Positions 1-10,080 of a DNA stretch of 64,000 nt are shown here, in pieces (positions within the stretch are counted from its first letter, which is position 1; every line of letters starts with the position of its first letter). The stretch lies in NCBI GenBank assembly GCA_900538765.1, contig UQAB01000008.1, positions 481 through 64,480 of the forward strand. Direction: 5' to 3'. The translations under genes were made by a program, and so were the position numbers. The notes beneath the pieces are model-generated. The model was not told the DNA's origin. It made no database searches and saw nothing but the letters and a program-made list of their open reading frames with translations. This DNA comes from an uncultured Azospirillum sp. (GTDB taxonomy: Bacteria; Pseudomonadota; Alphaproteobacteria; RF32; CAG-239).

Positions 1-228
1 AACGGAACAAAGGATTGTGAAGGAAATGACGCACCTTGCAAAGGAAAAACTAGGTGTGATAGTGGTACAGTCGCAGTTGATCCCTGCTCTTGTGGTAATC
101 AGACCTACGGAAGCTCATGCGTCATCAAATGTCCGTATGAACAAACCGCGGCAGACTGTAAAGCCGGGCAGACATTTACCCAGCGTTGTAAAGACAACAG
201 CGGAACCTGGTTCGGCGAATGTAAGTAA
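1..228 (+). CDS. C-terminal fragment of a cysteine-rich secreted protein (5' end outside the window)
   Basis: Frame 1 is open from base 1 to TAA at 226-228 and reads NGTKDCEGNDAPCKGKTRCDSG...CKAGQTFTQRCKDNSGTWFGECK. Its regular Cys spacing resembles the N-terminal half of the 38910..39860 product. It is preferred over the frame-2 ORF 17..232, which has no recognisable features. Confidence 0.45.
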   Translation, partial: NGTKDCEGNDAPCKGKTRCDSGTVAVDPCSCGNQTYGSSCVIKCPYEQTAADCKAGQTFTQRCKDNSGTWFGECK

Positions 229-230
229 CT

Positions 231-268
231 AAAAAAGGCAGTAAACATGATATGCTTACTGCCTCTAA
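231..268. terminator. Intrinsic terminator hairpin between convergent genes
   Basis: An 8-bp stem, GGCAGTAA (237-244) with TTACTGCC (256-263), is preceded by an A-run at 231-236. That A-run is a T-run for the minus-strand gene ending at 289. Confidence 0.6.
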
Positions 269-288
269 AACTTTCCAGAAAAGTTTTA

Positions 289-1137
289 TCAGGCATTGCC
301 GTCACGAACCAGTAAGCCCTTATAGGTAATAAAATCAGGTGTTTTACCGGCAAACGTATCAAATTTTTTGATTAATTCGGCAGCTTCTTTATCTTTTACC
401 GGCTCGGCAAAACGGGCGGTATTTTTAGAAGCGTTGCGAGATGCCTTTCTGCCGGACGTATCATTTTTGTTGTCAGCAAGCTGTGCAGCAGTTGCAACTT
501 GTTGCACTTCTTGCTCCTTCGCCTTGTCCACCTTAATTTCCTGCGGCGCTTTCAAAATCTTATCCAGGATTCCCTGTGTTTCTTTGGAGCGGCGGTTGGT
601 GTATACAATATTTTGTTTTTCCGCCGGAAGAATATCAAGAATCTTTTCCAAATTATCCAGCTGCTTTCTTTTTTTAATCAGGTTGATGTCATCAACAACT
701 AAGATATTGGTCTTAGACAGGTCTACTTTTTGCGTTTCCAGCAAATCAACCAGCAAATCCGGCGACCCGATAATAACATTGGCTTCTTTCTCGATGTTTT
801 CGTCTGCTTCCTTTTCCTCGGTTTCAGCTTCAGCATGATATTTGTTAAAAATTGCCAGCCAATCGGAAACGGCAACAGATTGTTGGGAATCCGGCGTAAT
901 AATCAAAATATTCGGAGTTGCTTCAACATTGCTTTCTTGTGCTCTGCTGATAATATCCAACAACGGAAAAACATAAGAACAGGTTTTGCCGCAGCCTTGC
1001 GGCGCAATGGTAAAAATGTCTTTTCCCTGAAGGATTGACGGAATGACATCAGTCTGAACCGTGGTTGGCTCAGTGATTCCTAACTCTTCCATTGCCTTGA
1101 TTGTAACATCGCTTAAACCCAAATCTAAAAAATTCAT
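289..1137 (-). CDS. DEAD-box helicase-like protein, RecA domain 1 only, with degenerate motifs
   Basis: A Q-motif-like region reads F..LGLSDVTIKAMEELGITEPTTVQ. Motif I reads APQGCGKT and motif II reads VVDD instead of DEAD. No domain 2 (motifs IV-VI) is present, and the C-terminus is a basic tail. Confidence 0.6.
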   Translation of the reverse strand: MNFLDLGLSDVTIKAMEELGITEPTTVQTDVIPSILQGKDIFTIAPQGCGKTCSYVFPLLDIISRAQESNVEATPNILIITPDSQQSVAVSDWLAIFNKYHAEAETEEKEADENIEKEANVIIGSPDLLVDLLETQKVDLSKTNILVVDDINLIKKRKQLDNLEKILDILPAEKQNIVYTNRRSKETQGILDKILKAPQEIKVDKAKEQEVQQVATAAQLADNKNDTSGRKASRNASKNTARFAEPVKDKEAAELIKKFDTFAGKTPDFITYKGLLVRDGNA

Positions 1138-1234
1138 GGTATCTCTTCTTTTGTAATTGTTTAAATTATTTTAATGAAGTATTATTTATTTTGCAAAGAT
1201 AGTCAACCGTATAGTTAATTTTTAGGATAAGAAC

Positions 1235-1783
1235 ATGTTAATGAACAAGGACAATTCCCTGCTTTTGATTATTGATGTACAGGAAAGGCTGGTTACGGCA
1301 ATGGACAGCCCCCGGGAAGTCATTAATTGCTGCGCAAAACTGGTTTCTGTTGCCAAACGCCTGAATATTCCGTTTCTTATCACCGAACAATATCCTAAGG
1401 GATTGGGACAGACGATTGTGGATGTCCGTCAGGCAGCCGGCCCGGATGCCGGATATTTTGAGAAACTTGAATTTTCGGTGATGCGTAATGAAAAAATTTC
1501 CGCCGCGGTGAAAAACAGCGGTAAAAAACAGGTTGTCATTGCCGGTGTCGAAACTCATATTTGTGTTTTGCAGACGGCGATGGAATTGGCGGAACAGGGC
1601 TATGCCGTTTTTGTCGTTTCCAACGCCTGTTCTTCCCGGGAGAACCTCCAGCATGCCTTTGCGCTTCAGAGAATGGCAAGGAACGGAATAGACGTTGTTT
1701 CTTCGGAAATGGTTATTTTTGAATGGCTGGAAAAAGCCGGAACCGAAGAGTTTAAGGAAATCAGCCGCAAGTATGTGATTTAA
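1235..1783 (+). CDS. Isochorismatase-family cysteine hydrolase
   Basis: The N-terminus LLLIIDVQERLV, the ETHICVLQTA block with the catalytic-type Cys, and the 182-aa length are typical of the family. AGGA lies 7 nt upstream of the ATG. Confidence 0.75.
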   Translation: MLMNKDNSLLLIIDVQERLVTAMDSPREVINCCAKLVSVAKRLNIPFLITEQYPKGLGQTIVDVRQAAGPDAGYFEKLEFSVMRNEKISAAVKNSGKKQVVIAGVETHICVLQTAMELAEQGYAVFVVSNACSSRENLQHAFALQRMARNGIDVVSSEMVIFEWLEKAGTEEFKEISRKYVI

Positions 1784-1786
1784 TAT

Positions 1787-1816
1787 TTGACAAAAATGTC
1801 AAAGTCATACTATATT
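1787..1816 (+). promoter_or_regulatory. Sigma70-type promoter candidate
   Basis: TTGACA (1787-1792), an 18-nt spacer and TATATT (1811-1816). The -35 element lies inside the inverted repeat TTGACAaaaaTGTCAA. Confidence 0.45.
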
Positions 1817-1899
1817 GAAAGGGTAATTTTATTACTTTTCTTATCATTATGCACTAAGGACGTGTCCTTGCCGCATAGCAGTATTAACCGTTAAAATTT

Positions 1900-2193
1900 T
1901 TGCTTATGAAAACAAAAAAAATTATTTTGGGAATACTGGGAATCTGCGGGATATTTATCCTGTTGGTTATAACTTCGACAGCGCCGCTTCCGCCGGTTTA
2001 TGCCATAACAGATATGCAGTATGACGAGCGGGGATATGTTCGCGAAATAACGCTTTCCAGCGGAAATACGTATTATGTATGTCAAAAAATGCCGGGTTTG
2101 GCCGTAAATGACAGCGTTTATTTGAGCCGGCCTTTTCTGTCGACTTCTGTTTGGGACGGCAGTCCGCATATCCGGCTGCGTAAAGTCCGTTAA
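1900..2193 (+). CDS. Small hypothetical protein with an N-terminal TM or signal segment
   Basis: The ORF begins with a hydrophobic stretch, KKIILGILGICGIFILLVITS. A promoter-like element lies upstream and a terminator downstream. Confidence 0.4.
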   Translation: MLMKTKKIILGILGICGIFILLVITSTAPLPPVYAITDMQYDERGYVREITLSSGNTYYVCQKMPGLAVNDSVYLSRPFLSTSVWDGSPHIRLRKVR

Positions 2194-2194
2194 A

Positions 2195-2236
2195 TTAAAA
2201 AAATCCCCTTTGTCTTGGCAAAAGGGATTTTTTGTT
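2195..2236. terminator. Bidirectional intrinsic terminator
   Basis: The hairpin ATCCCCTTTG...CAAAAGGGAT is flanked by an A-run and a T-run, between convergent genes. Confidence 0.6.
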
Positions 2237-2252
2237 TGTCTAATCTGAAAGA

Positions 2253-2615
2253 TTATTTTCTTCCGTATGAATCTTCATAACGGATAATGTCATTTTCATC
2301 AAGCGTTTCTCCGGTCTGAATTTCAATAAAAATCATGTCCCGGCCGCTGTCATTTTGGATTCTGTGTTTGGCCTTGACCGGAATATAAACGGCGTCATCG
2401 GCTTTGCAGACGATTTTTTTGTCGTCCAGCGTAACAACCGCTTCGCCTTCAACAATGATCCAGTGCTCTGCGCGGTGGTTGTGCGACTGCAAAGAAAGGA
2501 TATTGCCCGGTGTAACGGTGATTCTTTTAACGCAGAATGTGCTGCCTGCGTCCAGAACTTCCCAAGTTCCCCATGGACGGGTGTCATGGTCGCCTTTTTT
2601 GTAATTATTTGCCAT
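2253..2615 (-). CDS. Cupin-domain protein (mannose-6-phosphate isomerase type II C-terminal-like)
   Basis: RPWGTWEVL...SLQSHNHRAEHWIIVEGEA...IPVKAKHRIQN is a typical cupin metal-site pattern in a 120-aa protein. Confidence 0.6.
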   Translation of the reverse strand: MANNYKKGDHDTRPWGTWEVLDAGSTFCVKRITVTPGNILSLQSHNHRAEHWIIVEGEAVVTLDDKKIVCKADDAVYIPVKAKHRIQNDSGRDMIFIEIQTGETLDENDIIRYEDSYGRK

Positions 2616-2711
2616 TTTTTAATCTCCTTAACCAAATATTAGACTTGATGAAACAGAATATAGATAATATAACTTAAAGCGCAATAAAAATTTTTATCAG
2701 GGTAGAGATTA

Positions 2712-4976
2712 ATGAAGTCCCCCGCTACAAATCAGGCTTTTGCAACATTGAAGCTTCTCCGCGAAATTAACGAGGAGCAGATTGCCGTTGAAGACAAGCT
2801 CAACCGCATAACAAAAGTGATTGCGGAGCAAATGGAAGCAGATGGCGCTTCCTGCTTCATCAGTATTGATGACAATTATCTGGAGTTGTTTGCCGCCTAT
2901 GGATTTAATCCCAATGCCGCCCACCGCGTTTCATTCCGCGTCGGTGAAGGGTTAATCGGCAATATCGCCAAATACTGCCGCCCTCTGGCTGTCAGCGACG
3001 CCCCCTCTCATCCGAAATATGTGTATAATAAAGAATTTGGCGAAGATGATTACAAGTCTTTTTTAGGTGTGCCGTTAATCCGCCGCAATCGTTCGGTCGG
3101 CGTCCTGCTTATTGAGAACCGGGAGCAGCGGGAATATTCCGCCGCGGATCAGGAAGCGCTGGAAACAATTGCCATGTTTGTTGCCGATATCGTAACATCT
3201 GATGATATGGCCGAGTTTAAAAACAGCCTGATAAAGCAGCGTGGTTTGATTACGAGGGAACGTGTCAAAGGTTTAAGCCTGAGTAAAGGCTATGGGCTGG
3301 GAGCCGCGGTTTTGCACCGACGCCGCCACGCTGTCACCAAGATTATTGCCGAAGACAAGGATAAGGAACTGGATCGCCTGACCGCCGCCCATAAAAAAAT
3401 GAATGAAGATTTGGACGCCAAATTTAATTCGACCAAATTGGGAATAGGCGAACACATGGATATTTTGGACGCTTATCTGATGTTTGCCAAAGACAAAGGC
3501 TGGTTTAAAAAAATTGCCGACAACGTGATGAGCGGGCTGACTGCCGAGGCGGCAATTGAGCGGGCTTATGAAGATATGTGGAACCGCCTTTCCGCCACCA
3601 AGGACAATTATCTGAAAGAACGCCTGCATGATTTGCGGGATGTCGCCGACCGTCTGCATGCCTATTTGAGCGGCGATTATGAAAATACGGCCGCAGCTGA
3701 TGGCGACGATATTATCGTTATTGCCCAAACCATGGGACCGGCGGAGCTAATGGACTATGATTATCGCAAAATCAGAGGCTTGTTGATTGAAGATGGAACG
3801 CCGACGATGCACGTCGCTATCGTCGCCAAGGCTTTGAATATCCCGGTTATTGCCAAAATAAAAGGCTTGTTTGAAGAGGTCAACCGCGGCGATATGATTG
3901 CCGTCGACGGTAATGAGGGCTATGTTTACCTCAATCCGTCAGCGGAAATAAAACAAAAATTTAAGGCCAAAATTGAAGAGAAATTAAAACTTCAGGAAAA
4001 GTTGGCCGAATTGCGCGATTTGCCGTCGCAAACATTGGATGGTATTAGAATTGGCCATGCGATTAATGTCGGTCTGGCCTTTGACTTGGATTATCTGGAA
4101 ACGACAAATTGCGACGGCGTCGGGCTGTATCGAACGGAAATTCCTTTCATGGCCTCGACGGTTATGCCGGATGTCGAGCAGCAGATAGCCTATTATAAAG
4201 AACTGATGGATAAGGCCGGAGATAAAAAAGTCATATTCCGAAGTCTGGACGTCGGTTCGGATAAGCTTCTGCCGTATTGGGCCGGGCTGAGCGAAGAAAA
4301 TCCGGCCATCGGCTGGCGTTCGATTCGCATTACGCTTGACCGGCGCGCCATTTTGCGCAAGCAGATTCGCGCGTTTTTAACGGCGGCAGAAGGCAAGGAA
4401 TTAAATGTTATGTTTCCGATGATTTCGGATTTGTCGGAATTTGAAGAAGCCCGGGAAACGCTGCTGATTGAGCTGGAAAAGGAACGAAAGTTCAACCGTC
4501 CCGTTCCTGCTAAAGTTAATGTCGGGCTGATGATTGAAGTGCCTTCGGTCGTCTTTCAGCTGGATGACATTCTAGAAAAGGCAGATTTTATTTCTGTCGG
4601 AACAAATGACCTGGCACAGTTCGTTTTTGCCTGTGACCGGGGAAATCCGCGCCTGACCGAGCGTTATGATGTTTTGTCCGCGCCGTTTTTGCGGTTGATG
4701 CATGAGATTGTCGCCAAGGCGGACAAACACGGCGTTTATTGCTCCGTTTGCGGCGAAATGGCGTCTAATCCGATTGAGGCGATGGCTTTGATTGGGCTGG
4801 GGTATCGCAATATTTCGTCTTCGGGATCAGCCTACGGCAAAGTAAAAAGCATGATTCGTACCATGAATGTCCGTGAAGTGTCCGATTATGTGCAAAGCCT
4901 GCTGAAATCAACAAAGAAAACGCTGCGTCCGCAGTTATTTGCATATGCTTATGATCACGGTATTGAAATATATTAA
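2712..4976 (+). CDS. ptsP: Phosphoenolpyruvate-protein phosphotransferase with an N-terminal GAF domain (EI-Ntr)
   Basis: A 754-aa protein. It has a GAF-like N-terminus, a phosphohistidine region GTPTMHVAIVAKALNIPV, a PEP-utilizer C-terminus with the NDLAQF motif, and CGEMA. Confidence 0.85.
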   Translation: MKSPATNQAFATLKLLREINEEQIAVEDKLNRITKVIAEQMEADGASCFISIDDNYLELFAAYGFNPNAAHRVSFRVGEGLIGNIAKYCRPLAVSDAPSHPKYVYNKEFGEDDYKSFLGVPLIRRNRSVGVLLIENREQREYSAADQEALETIAMFVADIVTSDDMAEFKNSLIKQRGLITRERVKGLSLSKGYGLGAAVLHRRRHAVTKIIAEDKDKELDRLTAAHKKMNEDLDAKFNSTKLGIGEHMDILDAYLMFAKDKGWFKKIADNVMSGLTAEAAIERAYEDMWNRLSATKDNYLKERLHDLRDVADRLHAYLSGDYENTAAADGDDIIVIAQTMGPAELMDYDYRKIRGLLIEDGTPTMHVAIVAKALNIPVIAKIKGLFEEVNRGDMIAVDGNEGYVYLNPSAEIKQKFKAKIEEKLKLQEKLAELRDLPSQTLDGIRIGHAINVGLAFDLDYLETTNCDGVGLYRTEIPFMASTVMPDVEQQIAYYKELMDKAGDKKVIFRSLDVGSDKLLPYWAGLSEENPAIGWRSIRITLDRRAILRKQIRAFLTAAEGKELNVMFPMISDLSEFEEARETLLIELEKERKFNRPVPAKVNVGLMIEVPSVVFQLDDILEKADFISVGTNDLAQFVFACDRGNPRLTERYDVLSAPFLRLMHEIVAKADKHGVYCSVCGEMASNPIEAMALIGLGYRNISSSGSAYGKVKSMIRTMNVREVSDYVQSLLKSTKKTLRPQLFAYAYDHGIEIY

Positions 4977-5024
4977 AAAATATGTTTTTATACTAAAAAA
5001 ATCATTATTTAGGGAATTAATGTC

Positions 5025-6116
5025 GTGAAAAAAGAAGTTAAGGAAACCAAAAAAGAAAAGAAAACCGCCAAAGCTTCCGCAGCTCCCGTAGTTGAAAAGG
5101 AAACAGAGGTTGTTACGGATGACAAAACATTGGATAACGACGGCCGTGTCGGCACGATGTTAAAAGATACCCGTTTGAAAAAAGGCGAAGAACTGGAAGA
5201 TATTGCCAAAACGCTGCGTATCCGCACCACGTTTTTGGAAGCGATTGAAAACAGCAGCTACGACGAACTTCCGCCGGCGCCGTACGGCCAGGGGTTTGTC
5301 CGGGCGTATGCTGATTATCTGGGGCTTAATCCGGTTCGCATTGCTCAGCTGTATCGTGAAGAAACCGACGCCAATAATCAGAAAAAAGACCTTTATGTTT
5401 TGGAACCGCAGTCGGAAGCGACCGTTCCGAACCGTAAGTATATTATGTTCAGTCTGTTGGCAATTGTTCTGGTCTATGTCTGCTGGGTTTATTATTCCCG
5501 CCCGGCAACGGATTTGACGGTTGCTTCCGCGCCTGTCGTTGACGGAACAACGCCGTCGGGAGATTTCCCGCTGCAGGTTGAAGAGTTTGAAGTTGCCGAA
5601 CCCGCTGTGGCAGAAAAGACATCAAAGCAGGAAGCCGAAGAAATAAAAAAAGAAGTTGAAGAAGAAAAGAAGGCTGAAGAGGAAAAACTCAAAGAAGAGC
5701 TTCCCGTAATAGAAGTAACTTCTGCTGCCGAGAAAAATACGCCGCAGGTTGTTGTCAGCAATGAAAGCTTTGTTGAGGAAAAGTCTGAAACGAAAAAAGA
5801 AGAACCTAAAACCGAAAATGTAAAACCTCAGACCGAAAAAGCAACGCCGGCGGAAATTAAGACCGATACCAAAGTTGTCATCAAAGTCAATAAAGAGGCG
5901 TGGATTGAGGCCAAAAGCCCGACCAAACTGTATCTGAGCAAGGTTGTTCAGGGCGGCTTTACCTATAATGTTCCGGAAGAAGAGGGGATGATTATTTCCA
6001 TCGGCCGTTACGACGCCGCGGATGTTTACGTTAACGGCAAGCTGACTCCGGTCTTTACAGCCAATAAAAAAACTGGTATCAGTGTAGATGACTTGCTAAA
6101 AGCAGCTAACCATTAG
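5025..6116 (+). CDS. rodZ: RodZ-like HTH membrane protein
   Basis: GTG start. The HTH region LEDIAKTLRIRTTFLEAIE is followed by PPAPYGQGFVRAYADYLGL, one TM segment, a Glu/Lys-rich linker and a DUF4115-like C-terminus. It lies directly upstream of ispG-hisS, as rodZ does in E. coli. Confidence 0.7.
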   Translation: MKKEVKETKKEKKTAKASAAPVVEKETEVVTDDKTLDNDGRVGTMLKDTRLKKGEELEDIAKTLRIRTTFLEAIENSSYDELPPAPYGQGFVRAYADYLGLNPVRIAQLYREETDANNQKKDLYVLEPQSEATVPNRKYIMFSLLAIVLVYVCWVYYSRPATDLTVASAPVVDGTTPSGDFPLQVEEFEVAEPAVAEKTSKQEAEEIKKEVEEEKKAEEEKLKEELPVIEVTSAAEKNTPQVVVSNESFVEEKSETKKEEPKTENVKPQTEKATPAEIKTDTKVVIKVNKEAWIEAKSPTKLYLSKVVQGGFTYNVPEEEGMIISIGRYDAADVYVNGKLTPVFTANKKTGISVDDLLKAANH

Positions 6117-6132
6117 TGTAATTTAAATCAGG

Positions 6133-6170
6133 GAAAATAGCAGGCGCAAACTTGCTATTTTCTTTTGTTT
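6133..6170 (+). terminator. Intrinsic terminator after the rodZ-like gene
   Basis: A 12-bp stem (6133-6144 with 6151-6162) is followed by TTTTGTTT. Confidence 0.75.
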
Positions 6171-6186
6171 TTATAACGAGGAAAAA

Positions 6187-7251
6187 ATGGAAAACATAAA
6201 AAGGCGCCAAAGCCGTAAAATCATGGTCGGAAAAGTTGCCGTCGGCGGAGATGCGCCGATAACGGTACAGTCAATGACCAATACGCCGACATCTGATGTC
6301 CGGGCGACGGTCGAGCAGATTAAGCGTCAGGAAGCCGTAGGCTGCGATATTACCCGCTGTTCCTGTCCGGATCGTGAATCCGCGCTGGCGTTGAAGGAAA
6401 TTACGCGCCAGGTCACAATTCCTGTTGTGGCGGATATCCATTTTGATTATCGTTTGGGTATTTTAGCAGCGGAAAACGGCGCGGCCTGCCTGCGCATTAA
6501 TCCGGGAAACATCGGCAGCGTCGAGCGGGTAAAAGCAGTTGTTCAGGCCGCCAAAGACTACGGCTGTTCGATTCGCATCGGAGTCAACGGCGGTTCCCTC
6601 GATAAAAGATTATTGGAAAAATATGGCGAGCCCTGTGCCGACGCTATGGTTGAAAGTGCGCTGGAACAGGCAAAAATGCTTGAAGATAATGATTTTCGCG
6701 AATTTAAAATCAGTGTAAAATCGTCAAATACAATGATGACGATTGAAGCCTATCGTAAATTGGCCGCGTCTTGCGACTATCCTTTGCATCTCGGCGTTAC
6801 CGAAGCTGGAGGCCTGCGCGCCGGTACGGTTAAATCGGCGTTGGGGATAGGCTCTCTGCTGATGCAGGGAATAGGCGATACGCTGCGCGTTTCCTTGACT
6901 GCGGATGTTGAGGAAGAAGTAAAAGCCGGTTATGAAATCTTAAAAGCACTGGATTTGCGTCATCGCGGCGTCAGAATAATCTCTTGCCCGACTTGCGCCC
7001 GCCGCGGTTATGACGTGCAGAAAACCGTGGAAACATTGGAACAGCGTCTGGCCCATATCGGCAAACCGCTGACCCTGGCGGTTATGGGCTGTGTGGTTAA
7101 CGGGCCGGGCGAAGCGGCTCACGCCGATTTCGGCGTTTGTGGAGGAAATGAAGATAATATGCTTTATATCGGCGGCAAGGCTGCCTATAAAGTGAAAAAT
7201 GAAGATATTGTAGATGAATTGGTTCGGCTTGTGGAAGAAAAAGCCGGTTAA
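6187..7251 (+). CDS. ispG: 4-hydroxy-3-methylbut-2-en-1-yl diphosphate synthase
   Basis: Full-length GcpE-type sequence ([34 protein letters not shown]). Confidence 0.92.
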   Translation: MENIKRRQSRKIMVGKVAVGGDAPITVQSMTNTPTSDVRATVEQIKRQEAVGCDITRCSCPDRESALALKEITRQVTIPVVADIHFDYRLGILAAENGAACLRINPGNIGSVERVKAVVQAAKDYGCSIRIGVNGGSLDKRLLEKYGEPCADAMVESALEQAKMLEDNDFREFKISVKSSNTMMTIEAYRKLAASCDYPLHLGVTEAGGLRAGTVKSALGIGSLLMQGIGDTLRVSLTADVEEEVKAGYEILKALDLRHRGVRIISCPTCARRGYDVQKTVETLEQRLAHIGKPLTLAVMGCVVNGPGEAAHADFGVCGGNEDNMLYIGGKAAYKVKNEDIVDELVRLVEEKAG

Positions 7252-7267
7252 GAGTTAGGAAAAGAAA

Positions 7268-8503
7268 ATGAGTAAAGTACAAAGTGTTCGCGGTACCTAT
7301 GATTTGTATGGGGAAGCCAAGCGAAAAGCCAAAAAAGTGATTGCTGCCGGCAGTAATGTCGTTGAAAAATATGGTTTTGAAGAAATTGAAACGCCGATTT
7401 TTGAGTTTACCGAAGTATTTGCCCGCAATCTGGGAGATACGTCGGATATTGTTACCAAAGAAATGTATTGTTTTGAAGACCGCGGCGGCGAAAGCCTGAC
7501 GCTTCGCCCGGAAGGAACGGCCGGTGTCGTCCGCGCGTTTATTTCCGAGGGAATGCAGCAGAATTTGCCGGTTAAGATGTATTATGCCGGGCCGATGTTT
7601 CGTTATGAGCGTCCGCAAAAAGGGCGTCAGCGCCAGTTTACCCAGTTCGGCGTGGAACTTCTGGGCGTTGAAACCCCGCAGGCGGACGTTGAGGTTATCG
7701 CCATGGCTTACGAGTTTATCGAAAGCCTTGGCCTGGCCGGCACTGTAACTGTTGAGATAAATTCTCTTGGCGATAAGGAAAGCCGCGATGCCTACCGTGA
7801 AAAACTGGTGGCTTACCTGAAGGAAAATTATGAAAAGCTCTCCGAAGATTCTAAAGCGCGTTTGGAAAAAAATCCTTTGCGTGTCCTCGATTCCAAAGAA
7901 GAATGTGACAAAGAGGTTGTTGCCGGAGCGCCGCTTTATCAGGACAGCCTGAACGAAGCGTCCAAGAGCTTTTTCAACGCAGTGTTAAAAGGGCTGGATA
8001 TGCTGGGTATCAAATACCGGGTGAATAACCGTTTGGTCCGCGGTTTGGATTACTATTCGCACACAGTGTTTGAATTGGTTACGGATAAACTCGGCGCGCA
8101 AGGAACCGTTCTGGCCGGCGGCCGCTATGATGGCCTGGTTGAGCAGATGGGCGGCGGCAAAGTTCCCGGAATAGGCTGGGCCTGCGGTGTTGAACGTCTG
8201 TCAATGCTTTTGGATGCGGATGTTTCCCTGCCGCGCCCCGTTGCCGTTATTCCTGTCGGCGAAGACGCTGATGCCAAGGCTCTTGAGATTTCCTATATGC
8301 TGCGCAAAGCCGGATTCCGTGTTGAACAGGCGTATAGCGGAAATCTGAAAAAACGCATGATCAAAGCCAACAAAGCCAACGCTTCCAAAGCCGTTATCAT
8401 CGGTTCTGACGAACTGGCTGACGGCAATGTGACTGTTAAAGATTTGGACAGCGGCGAGCAGCAGACTGTTGCGCTGAATAAGTTAATTGAAGGATTAAAA
8501 TAA
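7268..8503 (+). CDS. hisS: Histidine--tRNA ligase
   Basis: Class II aaRS motifs are present ([35 protein letters not shown]) with a C-terminal anticodon-binding domain. Confidence 0.92.
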   Translation: MSKVQSVRGTYDLYGEAKRKAKKVIAAGSNVVEKYGFEEIETPIFEFTEVFARNLGDTSDIVTKEMYCFEDRGGESLTLRPEGTAGVVRAFISEGMQQNLPVKMYYAGPMFRYERPQKGRQRQFTQFGVELLGVETPQADVEVIAMAYEFIESLGLAGTVTVEINSLGDKESRDAYREKLVAYLKENYEKLSEDSKARLEKNPLRVLDSKEECDKEVVAGAPLYQDSLNEASKSFFNAVLKGLDMLGIKYRVNNRLVRGLDYYSHTVFELVTDKLGAQGTVLAGGRYDGLVEQMGGGKVPGIGWACGVERLSMLLDADVSLPRPVAVIPVGEDADAKALEISYMLRKAGFRVEQAYSGNLKKRMIKANKANASKAVIIGSDELADGNVTVKDLDSGEQQTVALNKLIEGLK

Positions 8504-9576
8504 TGGATTTAGCTGAAAAACTATCCAATGTCGTCAACCGCTATGATGAAATCAATGCTCTGATTTCATCGCCGGACTGTTCTCCCGAAGACATGGTGCG
8601 GATGAATAAAGAGCTTTCCGAACTTACCCCGGTGGTTGAAGCGATTAAAAATTATACGCGCGTTGAGCAAAACTTTAAAGACGCCAAAGCCATGATGGAC
8701 GATGCCTCCTTGGATAAGGAAATGCGCGACATGGCGGAAGCCGAATATTATGATCTGAAAGACAAGCTTCCGGCCATGGAGCGTGAAATAAAAATTCTTC
8801 TTCTGCCGAAAAATGAAGAGGATGAAAAAAACGCGATTCTCGAAGTCCGTGCCGGTACCGGCGGTGACGAAGCGGCTTTGTTTGCTGCCGTGCTGTTTGA
8901 AATGTATCAGCGCTATTCGCAAAAACAGGGATGGAAATTTGAAGTTCTTGACGCTGATGAAAACGGTCTGGGCGGTTATAAGGAAGCGTCTGCCAAAATC
9001 ACCGGCAAAGATGTTTTTTCCAAGCTCAAATTCGAGTCCGGTGCTCATCGTGTCCAGCGCGTGCCTGTAACGGAATCTCAGGGCAGGGTGCATACTTCCG
9101 CCGCAACGGTTGCCGTGCTGCCGGAAATTGAAGAAGTTGATATGTACATTAATCCGGCGGATTTGAAAATTGACGTCTATCGTGCGTCCGGTGCCGGCGG
9201 ACAACACGTTAACCGTACGGAATCCGCCGTCCGTATCACCCATATTCCGACCGGTATTGTCGTCCAGTGCCAGGATGACCGTTCGCAGTTTAAAAATAAA
9301 GAAAAGGCGATGAACCACCTGCGCGCTAAATTGTACGATTCGCAAAAATCGGCGATTGACGCGGAATATTCCGAGCGCCGCAAGCTGCAGGTTGGTTCCG
9401 GTGACCGCAGCGAACGGATTCGCACTTATAATTACCCGCAGGGACGCGTCACTGACCACCGTATTAATCTGACCCTCTATAAACTGGATGAGGTTGTGTC
9501 AGGCGATGCGCTGGATGAGATTATTGATGCGCTCGTTACGGAAGATCAGGCGCAACGCCTCGCCGAATTGGATTAA
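8503..9576 (+). CDS. prfA: Peptide chain release factor 1
   Basis: It has a GGQHVN motif and a PVT tripeptide (RF1-type) within [17 protein letters not shown]. The start overlaps the hisS stop. Confidence 0.92.
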   Translation: MDLAEKLSNVVNRYDEINALISSPDCSPEDMVRMNKELSELTPVVEAIKNYTRVEQNFKDAKAMMDDASLDKEMRDMAEAEYYDLKDKLPAMEREIKILLLPKNEEDEKNAILEVRAGTGGDEAALFAAVLFEMYQRYSQKQGWKFEVLDADENGLGGYKEASAKITGKDVFSKLKFESGAHRVQRVPVTESQGRVHTSAATVAVLPEIEEVDMYINPADLKIDVYRASGAGGQHVNRTESAVRITHIPTGIVVQCQDDRSQFKNKEKAMNHLRAKLYDSQKSAIDAEYSERRKLQVGSGDRSERIRTYNYPQGRVTDHRINLTLYKLDEVVSGDALDEIIDALVTEDQAQRLAELD

Positions 9577-9610
9577 AAAAACGGAGAGTTTTTGCTCTCC
9601 GTTTTCTTTT
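9574..9610. terminator. Bidirectional intrinsic terminator
   Basis: An 8-bp stem ACGGAGAG/CTCTCCGT lies between an A-run and TTTCTTTT, between convergent genes. Confidence 0.8.
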
Positions 9611-10047
9611 TACTTTGTTTGTATTTTTTCGAGCCTGCCGCTGGCCGTCACTTCATACCCCTGTTCCCGCAGGGCTTCTTTGCCGCCCTCGTCAAAGGTG
9701 TAGTAATAAATCAGCTCGCGCTCGTTGATTCTGCCTGCGTCAACTGCTGCCTGCGGAATGCCCCAGACAACGGAAATCGGCCAGGTCAGAAGGTTGAGAA
9801 AACCATATAACATCTGCCCGTTGTCCGCGCCATTGCCTGACGCCAGATAAAAGTTTCCACCGCCCGGCAGCAGGTTCAAAAGGCCGGCGCCGGCTGCGCT
9901 GGCAGGTTTTTCCCAGTTTCCGGCGGGTTTTTCCGTGGTAATGCCCTGCGCGCGCAGGCTGCGCAATGTGTTGTTTTCCTGATGCGTTAAGGAAACACAG
10001 CCGGAGAGGAGAAGCCCCAGCATTGTGTATGCAATTAAGTTTTTCAT
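9610..10047 (-). CDS. Hypothetical lipoprotein
   Basis: The lipobox LLLSGC follows MKNLIAYTMLG. I prefer the internal ATG at 10047 over 10071 because 10071 lies only 10 nt from the upstream terminator hairpin. The gene lies directly downstream of structured RNA copy 1. Confidence 0.55.
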   Translation of the reverse strand: MKNLIAYTMLGLLLSGCVSLTHQENNTLRSLRAQGITTEKPAGNWEKPASAAGAGLLNLLPGGGNFYLASGNGADNGQMLYGFLNLLTWPISVVWGIPQAAVDAGRINERELIYYYTFDEGGKEALREQGYEVTASGRLEKIQTK

Positions 10048-10080
10048 ATCTTCAAACATCCTGTTTTTCATTCTGTTAAC

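Noticed and set aside
17-232. ORF-track frame-2 ORF (71 aa) at the window start
   Set aside because: Frame 1 is open from base 1 and gives a Cys-rich sequence resembling another protein in the window. The frame-2 product has no features and no RBS, so it is treated as an overlapping spurious ORF.
8566-9459. 297-aa antisense ORF inside prfA, and similar long antisense ORFs in dnaE (12186-13463), tkt (37198-37857), nrdD (19692-20882) and the TrbL/VirB6-like genes
   Set aside because: The sense strand encodes unmistakable conserved proteins. The antisense translations are low-complexity with no motifs, which is typical of shadow ORFs.
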